Shown: positions 9,646 to 18,684, numbered from the stretch's first letter. The stretch is 64,000 nt of DNA from Clostridiales bacterium (GCA_017515465.1 JAFWFV010000054.1:1479-65478), one strand, 5' to 3'. Translations and numbers: made by a program. Notes: generated by a model from the sequence alone, not told the origin.

Positions 9646-10716
9646 TTACGGGATCGTATATTCTACAGTATTACTGACTCTGACATAACCTCCGAACTGA
9701 GAGTTATATTCAGTCAGATAGATCGTATATGTTCCGGGAGAATCATTAAAATACCTGTAGGATAATTCATTCTCGGCATTACGTTCCAGAACGATCTCAC
9801 CGTTATATATGATCCTCCACGTCAGGTTCCGGGCTGTATAGTTCTCATTGGATCTCGACACAGTGTTATCTGGTGCCAGGGTCAATGTATAGATCTCGTT
9901 GGCATAATCATCTGCGTGCGATTCGTTCTCCTCCGTAAAGGAATGGAACTGAGCCTGCTGACCGTTCACCATGACATCCATGGAGCATGAATCATATACC
10001 ATGCCCGGACTGCACCTGCCCAGGAGTGCCCCGGTAAATTCACCGTCAGATGTGACGCTGCCTGAAACATATACATTCTCGAAGCCGGCCATGTACCCCT
10101 CACCCACCAGTATGGCGGCGTATCTGCCTCCGATGACCTCTGCGTTTTCCACTCTCAGGTCAAAGATCCCGATAGGTCCTCCGTTCACGCCAATGATGCC
10201 GTTATGTCCCTGCTGGGGTTCCGTCAGATGTATGTTGGAGATGGTATGGCCCTGGCCGTGGATATTCCCCGAAAAATCATTCATGGGCAGCCATGAATAC
10301 TGATCTAGGTCCAGGTCAGCCATCAGATAAATGTCCACAGATTCACCGTTGCTCTCTTCATTAACATACTTTACGACACCTGCAAACTGCTCGGGAGTCG
10401 ACACACTGAATAAAGGGGCGTTCTGCCTGGCCCAGTCGGTATCGGCGATGGAATAGATGTCAGTCCTGGAGGCAGCGGCAGGAGCGATCGTATTCCTCAC
10501 CTTTTCCGGGTCAGAAGACGGATCTATCGTAGGTGCGGGAGTGGGAGTAGGCGTTGCCTTAAATGTCTCTGATGTCTCAGTGACCTCTACTATCTCCTCC
10601 TCTTCCTCCTCATCATACCTCCTGGCATGATCGGTACGCTCAAAGCTGCACCCCTCCATGATGAGCGAGGATATGGATATCAACATTATCACCCTGATCA
10701 GATCTTTACGTCTCAT
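9646..10716 (-). CDS. secreted protein or lipoprotein of unknown function (GLUG/beta-helix-like middle, Ig-like C-terminus)
   Basis: 356 aa with a signal peptide ending IMEGC and a PTPTPAPT linker. Repetitive G-rich beta-strand segments are present (GIIGVNGGPIGIF, AILVGEGYMAGF, GALLGRC). Confidence 0.45.
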   Translation of the reverse strand: MRRKDLIRVIMLISISSLIMEGCSFERTDHARRYDEEEEEEIVEVTETSETFKATPTPTPAPTIDPSSDPEKVRNTIAPAAASRTDIYSIADTDWARQNAPLFSVSTPEQFAGVVKYVNEESNGESVDIYLMADLDLDQYSWLPMNDFSGNIHGQGHTISNIHLTEPQQGHNGIIGVNGGPIGIFDLRVENAEVIGGRYAAILVGEGYMAGFENVYVSGSVTSDGEFTGALLGRCSPGMVYDSCSMDVMVNGQQAQFHSFTEENESHADDYANEIYTLTLAPDNTVSRSNENYTARNLTWRIIYNGEIVLERNAENELSYRYFNDSPGTYTIYLTEYNSQFGGYVRVSNTVEYTIP

Positions 10717-10737
10717 GGTGATGATTTTACCACAAAA

Positions 10738-13074
10738 CTAACTTCTTTCGTTCAGTACCAGCTGCGCCCTGTTGTTCATGACAGAGATACATTCATCCAG
10801 GCTCTTGTCTCCCGCAAAGTAGGGTTCTATCTCCTCAAATATGATCTGCTCAATATTTGCATCAGTGAAATATGCCCTGTTAAGGGATCCTATCAGATTC
10901 ATGTATGTGGATATGTCATCCTCTCCGGCCTTGATGCAGGGTATTCCCGCAAGTCTCATACTGCCCTCATCCATTCCGCTGTGTGTAGCAAATGCATTGT
11001 CACATGCTCTGTTATATGCCTCGACAGCGCTCTGGCAGTTTTCATTAAATGCATCACGCTCTATGAGGTTCATTCCATCTGAGGTAATATCGCCATTGCC
11101 GACCGTGCCGATGATTGTCTGCCCCTCGTAAGAGATCAAGTACTTTATGAAATCCCAGCAGCTGTCCGGATCAGAAGCTGATGAGGTTATGGCAACTGAA
11201 GAATCGGCATGGATGACAGGTGAACCCTCCTCTGCCGCAGGCAGTCCCAGGAATCTCACATCATCCACATCCCATCCTGCAAATCCGCAGTAGTTCAGGA
11301 TATGAGTGATGCTGGAGACATACCAGTTGTTAGCCGTACTGTTCATCCATTCATCTGCGGGCTGATTATTCGACAGGGATTCCTTTGCATATGTAACTAT
11401 TCCCCTGAAAGCTGGATCATTAAGATCTATCCTGCCATCGTCTTTCACGATGTCTCCCAGAACGGCTCCAAGCAATATCGCCGTGAAATCACGTTTTCCG
11501 GCATTTCCGCTGATCACAACGTCCTTTCCTGACATTACGTTCCTGACAAAGTCTTCATACTCCCCGAAGGTAAATCCCGTCTGATCATCTCTGATGCTGT
11601 CACTCACGGTGGCGATCATCTCGATGTCAAAACAGAGCGGTATGTGATAGAGCTTGCCTCCCCTCTCCAAGGCACGGAGGACGTTATCGAAGTAATCATC
11701 TCTGTTGATACCGTTATCCCCGTCTATATACCGGTTCAGATCGACAAAATGATCACTGTTGCAGAAAGCGAGTTTTCCTCCGCCTCCGAACAGGATGTCA
11801 GGTCCGTCACCATTTTTAAGATCCACCAGGAGCTTGTTCTCCAGAGCAGCTGATGCATCGAGGTAATAGGATGAATCATCATCTGAAATATTGACGCATG
11901 AATCGAAGAAATTCTTCATGTAATATCTGTCATCCACGATCAGGTAATTTTCACTCTGACTGCTGTTATAGTTCTTTATCAGTTCCGGAAAGCCGCTTAT
12001 GAAATACTCATTTTCAGATGCGATCCTGATGATCTTCTTGCCCGCATTGGGATTATTGTCTGATCTGGTGAGGGTATAGAACCTGTGAACCGGTTCCGCT
12101 CTGGAATAGATCGATGTGTCAGGTTCCAGTAAGATCGTGTCATCCGTTACGTCAGCGATCACAGTGCTGCGGCCAAAATAAGGAATATCACAGTTCAGCG
12201 GTGAAAGTATCTTTGTGAAGCTGTGCGAGTCCAGATCTATCTTATATATCGCATTTGTATCGATGGCATATGTTCCGCTGTCACATGTCCTGAACCTGAC
12301 ATCGCGGAGCCGGTCCAGCCAGGCATAATCCGATGTAACATCAGTAACCCTGTCAGCGTCAAGATCGATCTCATAGTATCCCTGATTGAAGGGCTCTGAT
12401 CTGATCATGAGGTATTTATGTTCATCCAGCCTGACGAGATGGCCCACATTCGTCAGATCGGTCTCAGGAAGGTATTCTTCCATGTCGAATTCCTTGATGA
12501 GTTCATCCCCTTCATAGAACTGGTATCTCATTGTATTCGTGGTCATGCCGCTCCTGAGATAACAGTCTATCCTGAGCCCGTCAAAAAGATCAGTCATCAT
12601 ATAATCGTCGTAGTTTTCCAGGTAGGCGTTACCGTTCAGCTCTACGCATTCATTATTCGCCCGGTCTATCTTGACGTCACCGTCATAGAATCTCATTACG
12701 ATCTCACCGTCTATGATCCTGGCGGAATAGAACTGGGGATTAAGCCTGTGGAGCTTTGTTATGTCATATTCCTCTGCCACGCTCCCGTCCGGGAGATATG
12801 CCAGTATCTTGCTGGTGCGTTCTGAAGTTGTCACATCGTGGTCCTGCACATAGTAAAAGAATCTTCCGTCCAGCTGTCCCATATATCCTGACATGCGGTA
12901 ATCACTGCTGTTCCCGCTGAATTCACGGCCCATTTCCAGGACGTCGGTATCATACCAGGCATCGCTGTCGGGAATGAATACTGTCTCCTCCTCCGTCTCT
13001 TTACATGACGTCAGGAACAACATAAAGATCATGCATATCAATACAACTGACGATAGACTTTTTTTCATGTTCAT
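10738..13074 (-). CDS. large lipoprotein, paralog of 7182-9479 (N-terminal extra domain plus SBP-like domain)
   Basis: 778 aa with lipobox FLTSC. An SBP-like segment is present (KNGDGPDILFGGGG). It has the same two-part architecture as the 765-aa protein. Confidence 0.6.
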   Translation of the reverse strand: MNMKKSLSSVVLICMIFMLFLTSCKETEEETVFIPDSDAWYDTDVLEMGREFSGNSSDYRMSGYMGQLDGRFFYYVQDHDVTTSERTSKILAYLPDGSVAEEYDITKLHRLNPQFYSARIIDGEIVMRFYDGDVKIDRANNECVELNGNAYLENYDDYMMTDLFDGLRIDCYLRSGMTTNTMRYQFYEGDELIKEFDMEEYLPETDLTNVGHLVRLDEHKYLMIRSEPFNQGYYEIDLDADRVTDVTSDYAWLDRLRDVRFRTCDSGTYAIDTNAIYKIDLDSHSFTKILSPLNCDIPYFGRSTVIADVTDDTILLEPDTSIYSRAEPVHRFYTLTRSDNNPNAGKKIIRIASENEYFISGFPELIKNYNSSQSENYLIVDDRYYMKNFFDSCVNISDDDSSYYLDASAALENKLLVDLKNGDGPDILFGGGGKLAFCNSDHFVDLNRYIDGDNGINRDDYFDNVLRALERGGKLYHIPLCFDIEMIATVSDSIRDDQTGFTFGEYEDFVRNVMSGKDVVISGNAGKRDFTAILLGAVLGDIVKDDGRIDLNDPAFRGIVTYAKESLSNNQPADEWMNSTANNWYVSSITHILNYCGFAGWDVDDVRFLGLPAAEEGSPVIHADSSVAITSSASDPDSCWDFIKYLISYEGQTIIGTVGNGDITSDGMNLIERDAFNENCQSAVEAYNRACDNAFATHSGMDEGSMRLAGIPCIKAGEDDISTYMNLIGSLNRAYFTDANIEQIIFEEIEPYFAGDKSLDECISVMNNRAQLVLNERS

Positions 13075-13102
13075 ACCCCCATAACAACATCGTTATATCA
13101 GG

Positions 13103-13135
13103 ATTATATGAAACAGATGTATCGATAATGTATCG
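13103..13135 (-). promoter_or_regulatory. candidate activator-dependent promoter: CGATAC-N5-CGATAC-N10-TATAAT
   Basis: The minus strand reads CGATACATTATCGATACATCTGTTTCATATAAT, 29 nt upstream of the ATG at 13074. It mirrors 9609-9641. Confidence 0.4.
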
Positions 13136-13139
13136 TCGT

Positions 13140-14264
13140 TTACGGTAGTCCCATAATGTCGGTTATGCGCAACATCGTACGGGCGGCAACCTCTTCATCC
13201 ATGTTGAGGAATGAGAGCACATATGCAGCCTCCCCGTCAAAGTACAGATTGTACGAAGCAGACATGAAAGGGTCTGTTATCTTGTATTTATAGTATCTGA
13301 CACCGTACTTCTTGCCGCTGTCTGTCAGCTCGGTAGTACGCCCGGTATCTCTCCGTGCAATGTTTGCCGCCATGCTGTTATAGAACTCCTGTGTATGTTC
13401 CATAGTGTCACACTCGACACGCATGACAACATATCTGGTAGCACGTATGTCGTCCGGATCCGAATCCAGCTGGTAAAAGATATCTATATGCGTGACATCG
13501 TGGAACATGGCCATACGGTCCTTATCCATGACGCCTGAAATGCTGATGAAATCATCAGTCTGGATATAGTAGCATCCGGGTTCTCCGATCTCCATATTTA
13601 GATCGAATTCCGACGAATCTATTTCCGTGGCTTTCAACTCATCTACCAGTATCGGCATCCTGTCCTCGGACTTTAGTGCCATATTGCAGTCAACGCCTGA
13701 CATATCGGGAGTAGGTATGTAGAGGATGGGACATATGACATCCAGCAGCTGGGTCATTCCGTTGTCCTTATACTCCATTCCCTGGAGGATCAGCACGTGA
13801 TCGTATTCGGTATAGACAGCTTTCATTTCTGCAGTCCTGAGCTGTGTCATCCCGACCAGGAAACCATACCTGATCGTATCACTTGTCTTTACCTCGATGT
13901 CCTGGGTATTCTCGTTAAAGAATTCCAGTGCATCCTCTTCCGTTTCAAACTGGAGCAGGTGTGCTTCCAGTTCCTTATATGCTCCGTCCTTGCAGGAGAT
14001 GCCCTGTATGAACTCCAGCTGACGTATGGCCTTGTCAGACAAGGTCGGTCTATCAGTCACGGTATACATTCCGGCCAGCATGGCACGGTCGTTCTCAAAC
14101 TGTTCCTCGATCTCGGAATACGAATCGTATTCCTCGGCATCGTATTCCTCCATGGCCCGTTTGAATTCCTCGATGGAAATGATACTCGTGCGCCCTACGG
14201 ATCTGCAGGAGGCACACACGATGACTGTCAGACACAATGTCAATGCTAATACTATCTTCTTCAT
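13140..14264 (-). CDS. lipoprotein, member 3 of a tandem paralog family ending in GLP
   Basis: 374 aa with lipobox VCASC and C-terminus ITDIMGLP. Its ATG overlaps the stop of the upstream paralog (ATGA). Confidence 0.7.
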   Translation of the reverse strand: MKKIVLALTLCLTVIVCASCRSVGRTSIISIEEFKRAMEEYDAEEYDSYSEIEEQFENDRAMLAGMYTVTDRPTLSDKAIRQLEFIQGISCKDGAYKELEAHLLQFETEEDALEFFNENTQDIEVKTSDTIRYGFLVGMTQLRTAEMKAVYTEYDHVLILQGMEYKDNGMTQLLDVICPILYIPTPDMSGVDCNMALKSEDRMPILVDELKATEIDSSEFDLNMEIGEPGCYYIQTDDFISISGVMDKDRMAMFHDVTHIDIFYQLDSDPDDIRATRYVVMRVECDTMEHTQEFYNSMAANIARRDTGRTTELTDSGKKYGVRYYKYKITDPFMSASYNLYFDGEAAYVLSFLNMDEEVAARTMLRITDIMGLP

Positions 14265-15499
14265 GGCAATCCCATTATCTCCAATGCCTCATTAAATGAA
14301 TCGGTGTAGGCAGTATCTGCGTTTCCGATACTGTTCATGCAGAGCGTTATGTATACGTTTTCTCCGTCCAGATACACTTGATAATAATAGCCTGCGATCT
14401 CGAGCCTGAACTTAGTATACCTGATCCCGTCAAGCTCTCCCGAATCAGTCTCCTCCAGGTAATCACCTGCCATTGACAGGCTGCCGAGTATGTCATCGTA
14501 TGCATCAGCGGCGCTGTCTTCATCCGAATAACAGAGCTCATAGATCATGATACCTCCGGATTTGCCCGCTGAATAGGACATGTCGTAGATGATCCCGACC
14601 CGGGTGATCGCATCAGGATCGCCTGCAGAATCCAGGTTCAGACCTGATACATCAAAAGGATCGTCAGACAGATAATACCCTGTTATTGACGAGCTGCGGC
14701 CCTGTCCTGATCCGATCCTGGTTATCGATGGCATTGATGAATCCAATTCCTGATAACCTCGGGCCTCAACGAGAGCCATGAACCTGTCTTCTATCTCAGG
14801 AGTTGCCAGGCAGTCCCAGAAGCTGAGATCCGGAGAAGGGATCTCCAAATAACCGGTCAGTTCAGTCAATTCCACAGTAACATCATTGGACTTGTTTTGC
14901 GATCCCATCAACAGCATTACGCTGTCACAGTCCACATATACGGCGAAGCAAACAGCGCTGTGACCTTTGCATAACGTCGTAAACATGAGATCCATGTCAC
15001 CGTCAACAAGTTTTTCCGAACTAGATTCTGACGTGCCGTCATCTAATGACTTGATATATTTGTTGCATGACTTGTAGGCAGTGTCGGCATCCTCATAGGA
15101 ACCGAACTGCATGCTGCAGCAAAGCACCGATATGACGCCGGGATCATGATCCTCGTTCCTCATATATACAGTTGCCTTTTCTATGCTCTTGGAATAGATG
15201 TTCAGGAGCAATTCCTCAGCTGCATCGGCATAAAGACCGTTGATGCTCTCATCATAAAACAGATGTCTGATGTCCTTGCCCTCTGCCTTAATGAACATGC
15301 CTGCGGACAGTGCGCGGGGATTCTCCAGGTCATCCGTTATCTCCTCGAGGGTATCGTAGCCTTCTGCGTCGTTCTCCTCACATGCGGCATACAGCCTGTC
15401 AGGTGATACCCTGCTCTCCTGCTTCAGAAAAGGAATGGAGCAGGAAAAGACTGATACCGACATCAGGGATATGATCAATACGCATATGACTTTTTTCAT
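14261..15499 (-). CDS. lipoprotein, member 2 of the GLP-terminal paralog family
   Basis: I prefer the start at MKKVICVLIISLMSVSVFSC (the lipobox), which abuts the upstream stop at 15501. The C-terminus is ALEIMGLP. The ORF track extends to 15544. Confidence 0.7.
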   Translation of the reverse strand: MKKVICVLIISLMSVSVFSCSIPFLKQESRVSPDRLYAACEENDAEGYDTLEEITDDLENPRALSAGMFIKAEGKDIRHLFYDESINGLYADAAEELLLNIYSKSIEKATVYMRNEDHDPGVISVLCCSMQFGSYEDADTAYKSCNKYIKSLDDGTSESSSEKLVDGDMDLMFTTLCKGHSAVCFAVYVDCDSVMLLMGSQNKSNDVTVELTELTGYLEIPSPDLSFWDCLATPEIEDRFMALVEARGYQELDSSMPSITRIGSGQGRSSSITGYYLSDDPFDVSGLNLDSAGDPDAITRVGIIYDMSYSAGKSGGIMIYELCYSDEDSAADAYDDILGSLSMAGDYLEETDSGELDGIRYTKFRLEIAGYYYQVYLDGENVYITLCMNSIGNADTAYTDSFNEALEIMGLP

Positions 15500-15500
15500 A

Positions 15501-16730
15501 TCACGGCAACCCCAGGATATCACTGTATTCTTCATACAGATCATCTACAGCATCAGACTGCAGAGAAATAGCACCTATCAGATACACCATGTTGCCTTCG
15601 AGGAAGATAGAATATCTAATATGAGAAAAATTGTCCGCGTAAAGTTTAGTATAGGTTATGCCACCGGTCTCACCGGTATCGGTATTGCTAATGATCTCAT
15701 CGTTTTCTTCCATTAACTCTGTAACGGCATGTTCGTATAAATATGATGCAGATACATCGCCATCCAGAGTAAATGAAAAAGCATAAAATGCCGTATAGCC
15801 GGAAGGCATGGTATAAGCAGCCCTTATCATGCTTATCTGATCCTCATATCCGCTATATATATCCTCGATTCCTGTCATGATAGAAGGGTCGGTGCCCTCA
15901 GTATATATATTCAATACCTGACCTTCCAAATCCACTCTGTCAGAGAATTCTTCAGGATCGAGATATTCCATATCCAGTTCGTCGATCATCAGCAGTATCC
16001 TGTCTTCCACGTCAGGCACTGCCAGACAGTCCCATCTGCTCATATCGGAATAAGGGATCTCCAATATACCGGCATATTCTTCAAATTCATCAGTAATGTC
16101 GTTGCATTTATCCTCATATCCCGTCATTACCATTACCGAGCTGCCCTCAATGTAGACGCTCTGGCAGGATGCACTCCTGACAGAAAATATCTGTGTTGCA
16201 GTACATTCGAGCTTTCCGTCCTCGAAGTGATCCTTGTATGACTGAACCTTCTCATCCTCAGTCAGTCCGGCCATAAGATCGTTGCATGAATTGTAGTATT
16301 TCCAGGCTGCCTCATCGTCATCGAACTCTGCAGACAGGATGGCAAGCCTGACGGTTCCGCCGTCCCTGTTTTCCTCACCCCTGATCATCAGGGTTGCCTT
16401 GTTAATGGACTTGGAATAGAGATTATACAGATAGTCTTCCGAAACAGGCTCAAAGAGTCCGTTGAAAGTGTCGTCATTAAGTGCGTGGCGAATGTATTTG
16501 CCCTCGAGGGAGATGAACATTCCGGCCATCAAAGCGCGCTTGTTTTCGGCATCGCCGGCCATCTCTTCCAGGTCATCGTAATCCTCGCAGTCATACTCAG
16601 AAAGTGCATCATAAACACTATCCGGAGAAATCCTGTTTCCTTTGCCAAAGAACGGGATGCTGCATCCGGATAAAGCCACAGAAAATATAAGAACTGAAGT
16701 AATAATCTTTGTGCGGTCAAAAAAAGCCAT
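15501..16730 (-). CDS. lipoprotein, member 1 of the GLP-terminal paralog family
   Basis: I prefer the start at MAFFDRTKIITSVLIFSVALSGC (ATG 16730-16728), which has a GGGGGA Shine-Dalgarno. The longer ORF to 16865 would run across the prfC start. The C-terminus is YSDILGLP. Confidence 0.7.
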   Translation of the reverse strand: MAFFDRTKIITSVLIFSVALSGCSIPFFGKGNRISPDSVYDALSEYDCEDYDDLEEMAGDAENKRALMAGMFISLEGKYIRHALNDDTFNGLFEPVSEDYLYNLYSKSINKATLMIRGEENRDGGTVRLAILSAEFDDDEAAWKYYNSCNDLMAGLTEDEKVQSYKDHFEDGKLECTATQIFSVRSASCQSVYIEGSSVMVMTGYEDKCNDITDEFEEYAGILEIPYSDMSRWDCLAVPDVEDRILLMIDELDMEYLDPEEFSDRVDLEGQVLNIYTEGTDPSIMTGIEDIYSGYEDQISMIRAAYTMPSGYTAFYAFSFTLDGDVSASYLYEHAVTELMEENDEIISNTDTGETGGITYTKLYADNFSHIRYSIFLEGNMVYLIGAISLQSDAVDDLYEEYSDILGLP

Positions 16731-16755
16731 ATAGTCCCCCTTAACACCACTTCCT

Positions 16756-16777
16756 ATTATATCAAATGTGATATAAT
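16756..16777. promoter_or_regulatory. palindromic pair of divergent extended -10 elements (ATTATATCA-aatg-TGATATAAT)
   Basis: TGATATAAT reads rightward toward prfC at 16769-16777. The perfect reverse complement at 16756-16764 reads leftward toward the lipoprotein operon. Confidence 0.35.
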
Positions 16778-16812
16778 ACGCTATTGCAAATAATAAATAT
16801 AAGGTGAACCAC

Positions 16813-18426
16813 ATGGCTTTGACAACTAACGAAGAGATCACGAGACGCAGGACTTTTGCCATCATCTCGCACCCTGACGCAGGTAAGACAACTATGACGG
16901 AGAAGCTCCTCCTCTACGGAGGCGCCATCCACATGGCAGGATCGGTTAAGGCGCGTAAGGCAGCCCGCCACGCCACATCTGACTGGATGGAGATCGAGAA
17001 AAAGCGTGGTATCTCCGTAACATCATCAGTTATGCAGTTCAACTACGACGGATACTGCATCAACATACTCGATACCCCCGGACACCAGGACTTCTCCGAG
17101 GACACATACCGAACGCTGTGTGCTGCCGATGCCGCAGTCATGCTCCTGGACGGTGCAAAGGGTGTCGAGGCACAGACCATCAAGCTCTTCGCTGTCTGCC
17201 GCAAGAGAGGAATACCCATATTCACCTTTATCAATAAGATGGACCGCGCAGCCAAGAATCCCTTCGATCTGATCGACGAACTGGAAAAGGTACTTGGCAT
17301 CAGATCATGCCCGATCAACTGGCCCATAGGAACCGACGGTGATTTCGAAGGCGTTTACGAGAGATCTTCAGGCAAGGTACTGTTCTTTGACAAGTCCAAC
17401 CAGGATCACGGTGCATCAATGGTAACACAGCAGGTTGCAGGAATAGACGATCCCAAGCTGGCTGAGATGATCTCACCTGACCACTACGAGACACTCCAGA
17501 ACGATATAGAGCTCCTGGACATGGCAGGCGATGAATTCGACAAGGAAAAGGTGGACAAGGGGCTTTTGACACCGGTATTCTTCGGATCTGCCATCACCAA
17601 CTTCGGTGTGGAGACTTTCCTTAAGCACTTCCTGGAGATGAGCCCCATGCCCCAGCCCTATCACACCAGCGACGGATTCGCAGAACCCACAGACGATATG
17701 TTCTCAGGATTCGTATTCAAGATCCAGGCAAACATGGATCCCAACCACAGGGACCGTATGGCGTTCCTGCGTATATGCTCAGGCAAGTATGAGAAGAACA
17801 TGACAGTAAACCACCTGAGACTCGGCAAGAAGATCACCCTGGCCCAGCCACAGCAGTTCATGGCCCAGGACAGGAACATAGTTGAGGATGCTTATGCTGG
17901 AGACATCATAGGCATATTCGATCCCGGTCATTTCAGGATCGGTGATACTCTGATATCTTCTAACCGCAAGTTCGAGTTTGACCCTATCCCCGTCTTCCCG
18001 CCTGAGAATTTCGCACGCGTCGCACCCAAGGATTCCATGAAGCGTAAGCAGTTCCTCAAGGGCATCGAACAGCTCTCACAGGAAGGTGCCGTACAGCTGT
18101 ATAAGCAGCCCGACATCGGAACGGAGACATACATCATGGGCGTTGTAGGCGTACTGCAGTTCGACGTGCTCGAATACCGCCTCAAGGGTGAATACGGAGT
18201 AGACATCCTCAGGACTCCCCTGAACTACCGTCTGGCCAGATGGGTCAAGAGCGATGCAGAAGGCGACTTCGATCCTCACAAGATGACCCTCACCACCACC
18301 TCATGCCTCGTCCTGGACAGAGACGACGAGCCGGTCGTACTGTTCGAATCAGAGTGGGCAGTCCAGTGGGCGATCGACCATAACGAAGCCCTCAAGCTCA
18401 GATTCGAGGACATCCACACCAAGTAA
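16813..18426 (+). CDS. prfC: peptide chain release factor 3
   Basis: MALTTNEEITRRRTFAIISHPDAGKTT (G1 motif), DTPGHQDF (G3) and NKMD (G4). The AAGGTGA Shine-Dalgarno lies 5 nt before the ATG at 16813. The ORF track begins at a GTG at 16804. Confidence 0.9.
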   Translation: MALTTNEEITRRRTFAIISHPDAGKTTMTEKLLLYGGAIHMAGSVKARKAARHATSDWMEIEKKRGISVTSSVMQFNYDGYCINILDTPGHQDFSEDTYRTLCAADAAVMLLDGAKGVEAQTIKLFAVCRKRGIPIFTFINKMDRAAKNPFDLIDELEKVLGIRSCPINWPIGTDGDFEGVYERSSGKVLFFDKSNQDHGASMVTQQVAGIDDPKLAEMISPDHYETLQNDIELLDMAGDEFDKEKVDKGLLTPVFFGSAITNFGVETFLKHFLEMSPMPQPYHTSDGFAEPTDDMFSGFVFKIQANMDPNHRDRMAFLRICSGKYEKNMTVNHLRLGKKITLAQPQQFMAQDRNIVEDAYAGDIIGIFDPGHFRIGDTLISSNRKFEFDPIPVFPPENFARVAPKDSMKRKQFLKGIEQLSQEGAVQLYKQPDIGTETYIMGVVGVLQFDVLEYRLKGEYGVDILRTPLNYRLARWVKSDAEGDFDPHKMTLTTTSCLVLDRDDEPVVLFESEWAVQWAIDHNEALKLRFEDIHTK

Positions 18427-18446
18427 GTTATCATCAGCCGAAATAT

Positions 18447-18479
18447 AAGCCGCAGCATTTTGTTTTGCTACGGCTTTTT
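18447..18479 (+). terminator. rho-independent terminator of prfC
   Basis: AAGCCGCAGCA-loop-TGCTACGGCTT (one mismatch) followed by TTT. Confidence 0.6.
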
Positions 18480-18665
18480 CTCTATGCCTGTTCTCTATAA
18501 ACCCCTGTAAATCGCCGTTCGTAGAGAATAATGTGCAAAATTCTCTATGCAGTGTCTCTATAAACCCCCGAAAAACGCCGTTCGTAGGGAATTCGGTGCA
18601 TTATTCTCTACACCAGTTCTCTATAACCCCCCGAAAATCGCTGTTCGTAGAGAATTCGGTGCCTA
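18478..18665. repeat. tandem repeat of about 63 bp, 3 units
   Basis: Units start at 18478, 18541 and 18604. Each reads TTCTCTA-N5/6-TCTCTATAA(A)CCCC-...-CGTTCGTAGAGAA, which contains TTCTCTA/TAGAGAA inverted repeats. Confidence 0.85.
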
Positions 18666-18684
18666 ATGCTAACGAAGAGTCTCG

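Noticed and set aside
16731-16865. N-terminal extension of the third lipoprotein ORF (MMAKVLRLVISS...), which overlaps the prfC start.
   Set aside because: The internal ATG at 16730 has a GGGGGA Shine-Dalgarno and yields a canonical lipoprotein signal peptide like its two paralogs. The extension would place a gene start inside prfC and remove the divergent promoter region.
16813-18426. Programmed +1 frameshift site in the release-factor gene.
   Set aside because: The autoregulatory frameshift is a feature of prfB (RF2). This gene is prfC (RF3, a GTPase), and it is a single uninterrupted ORF.
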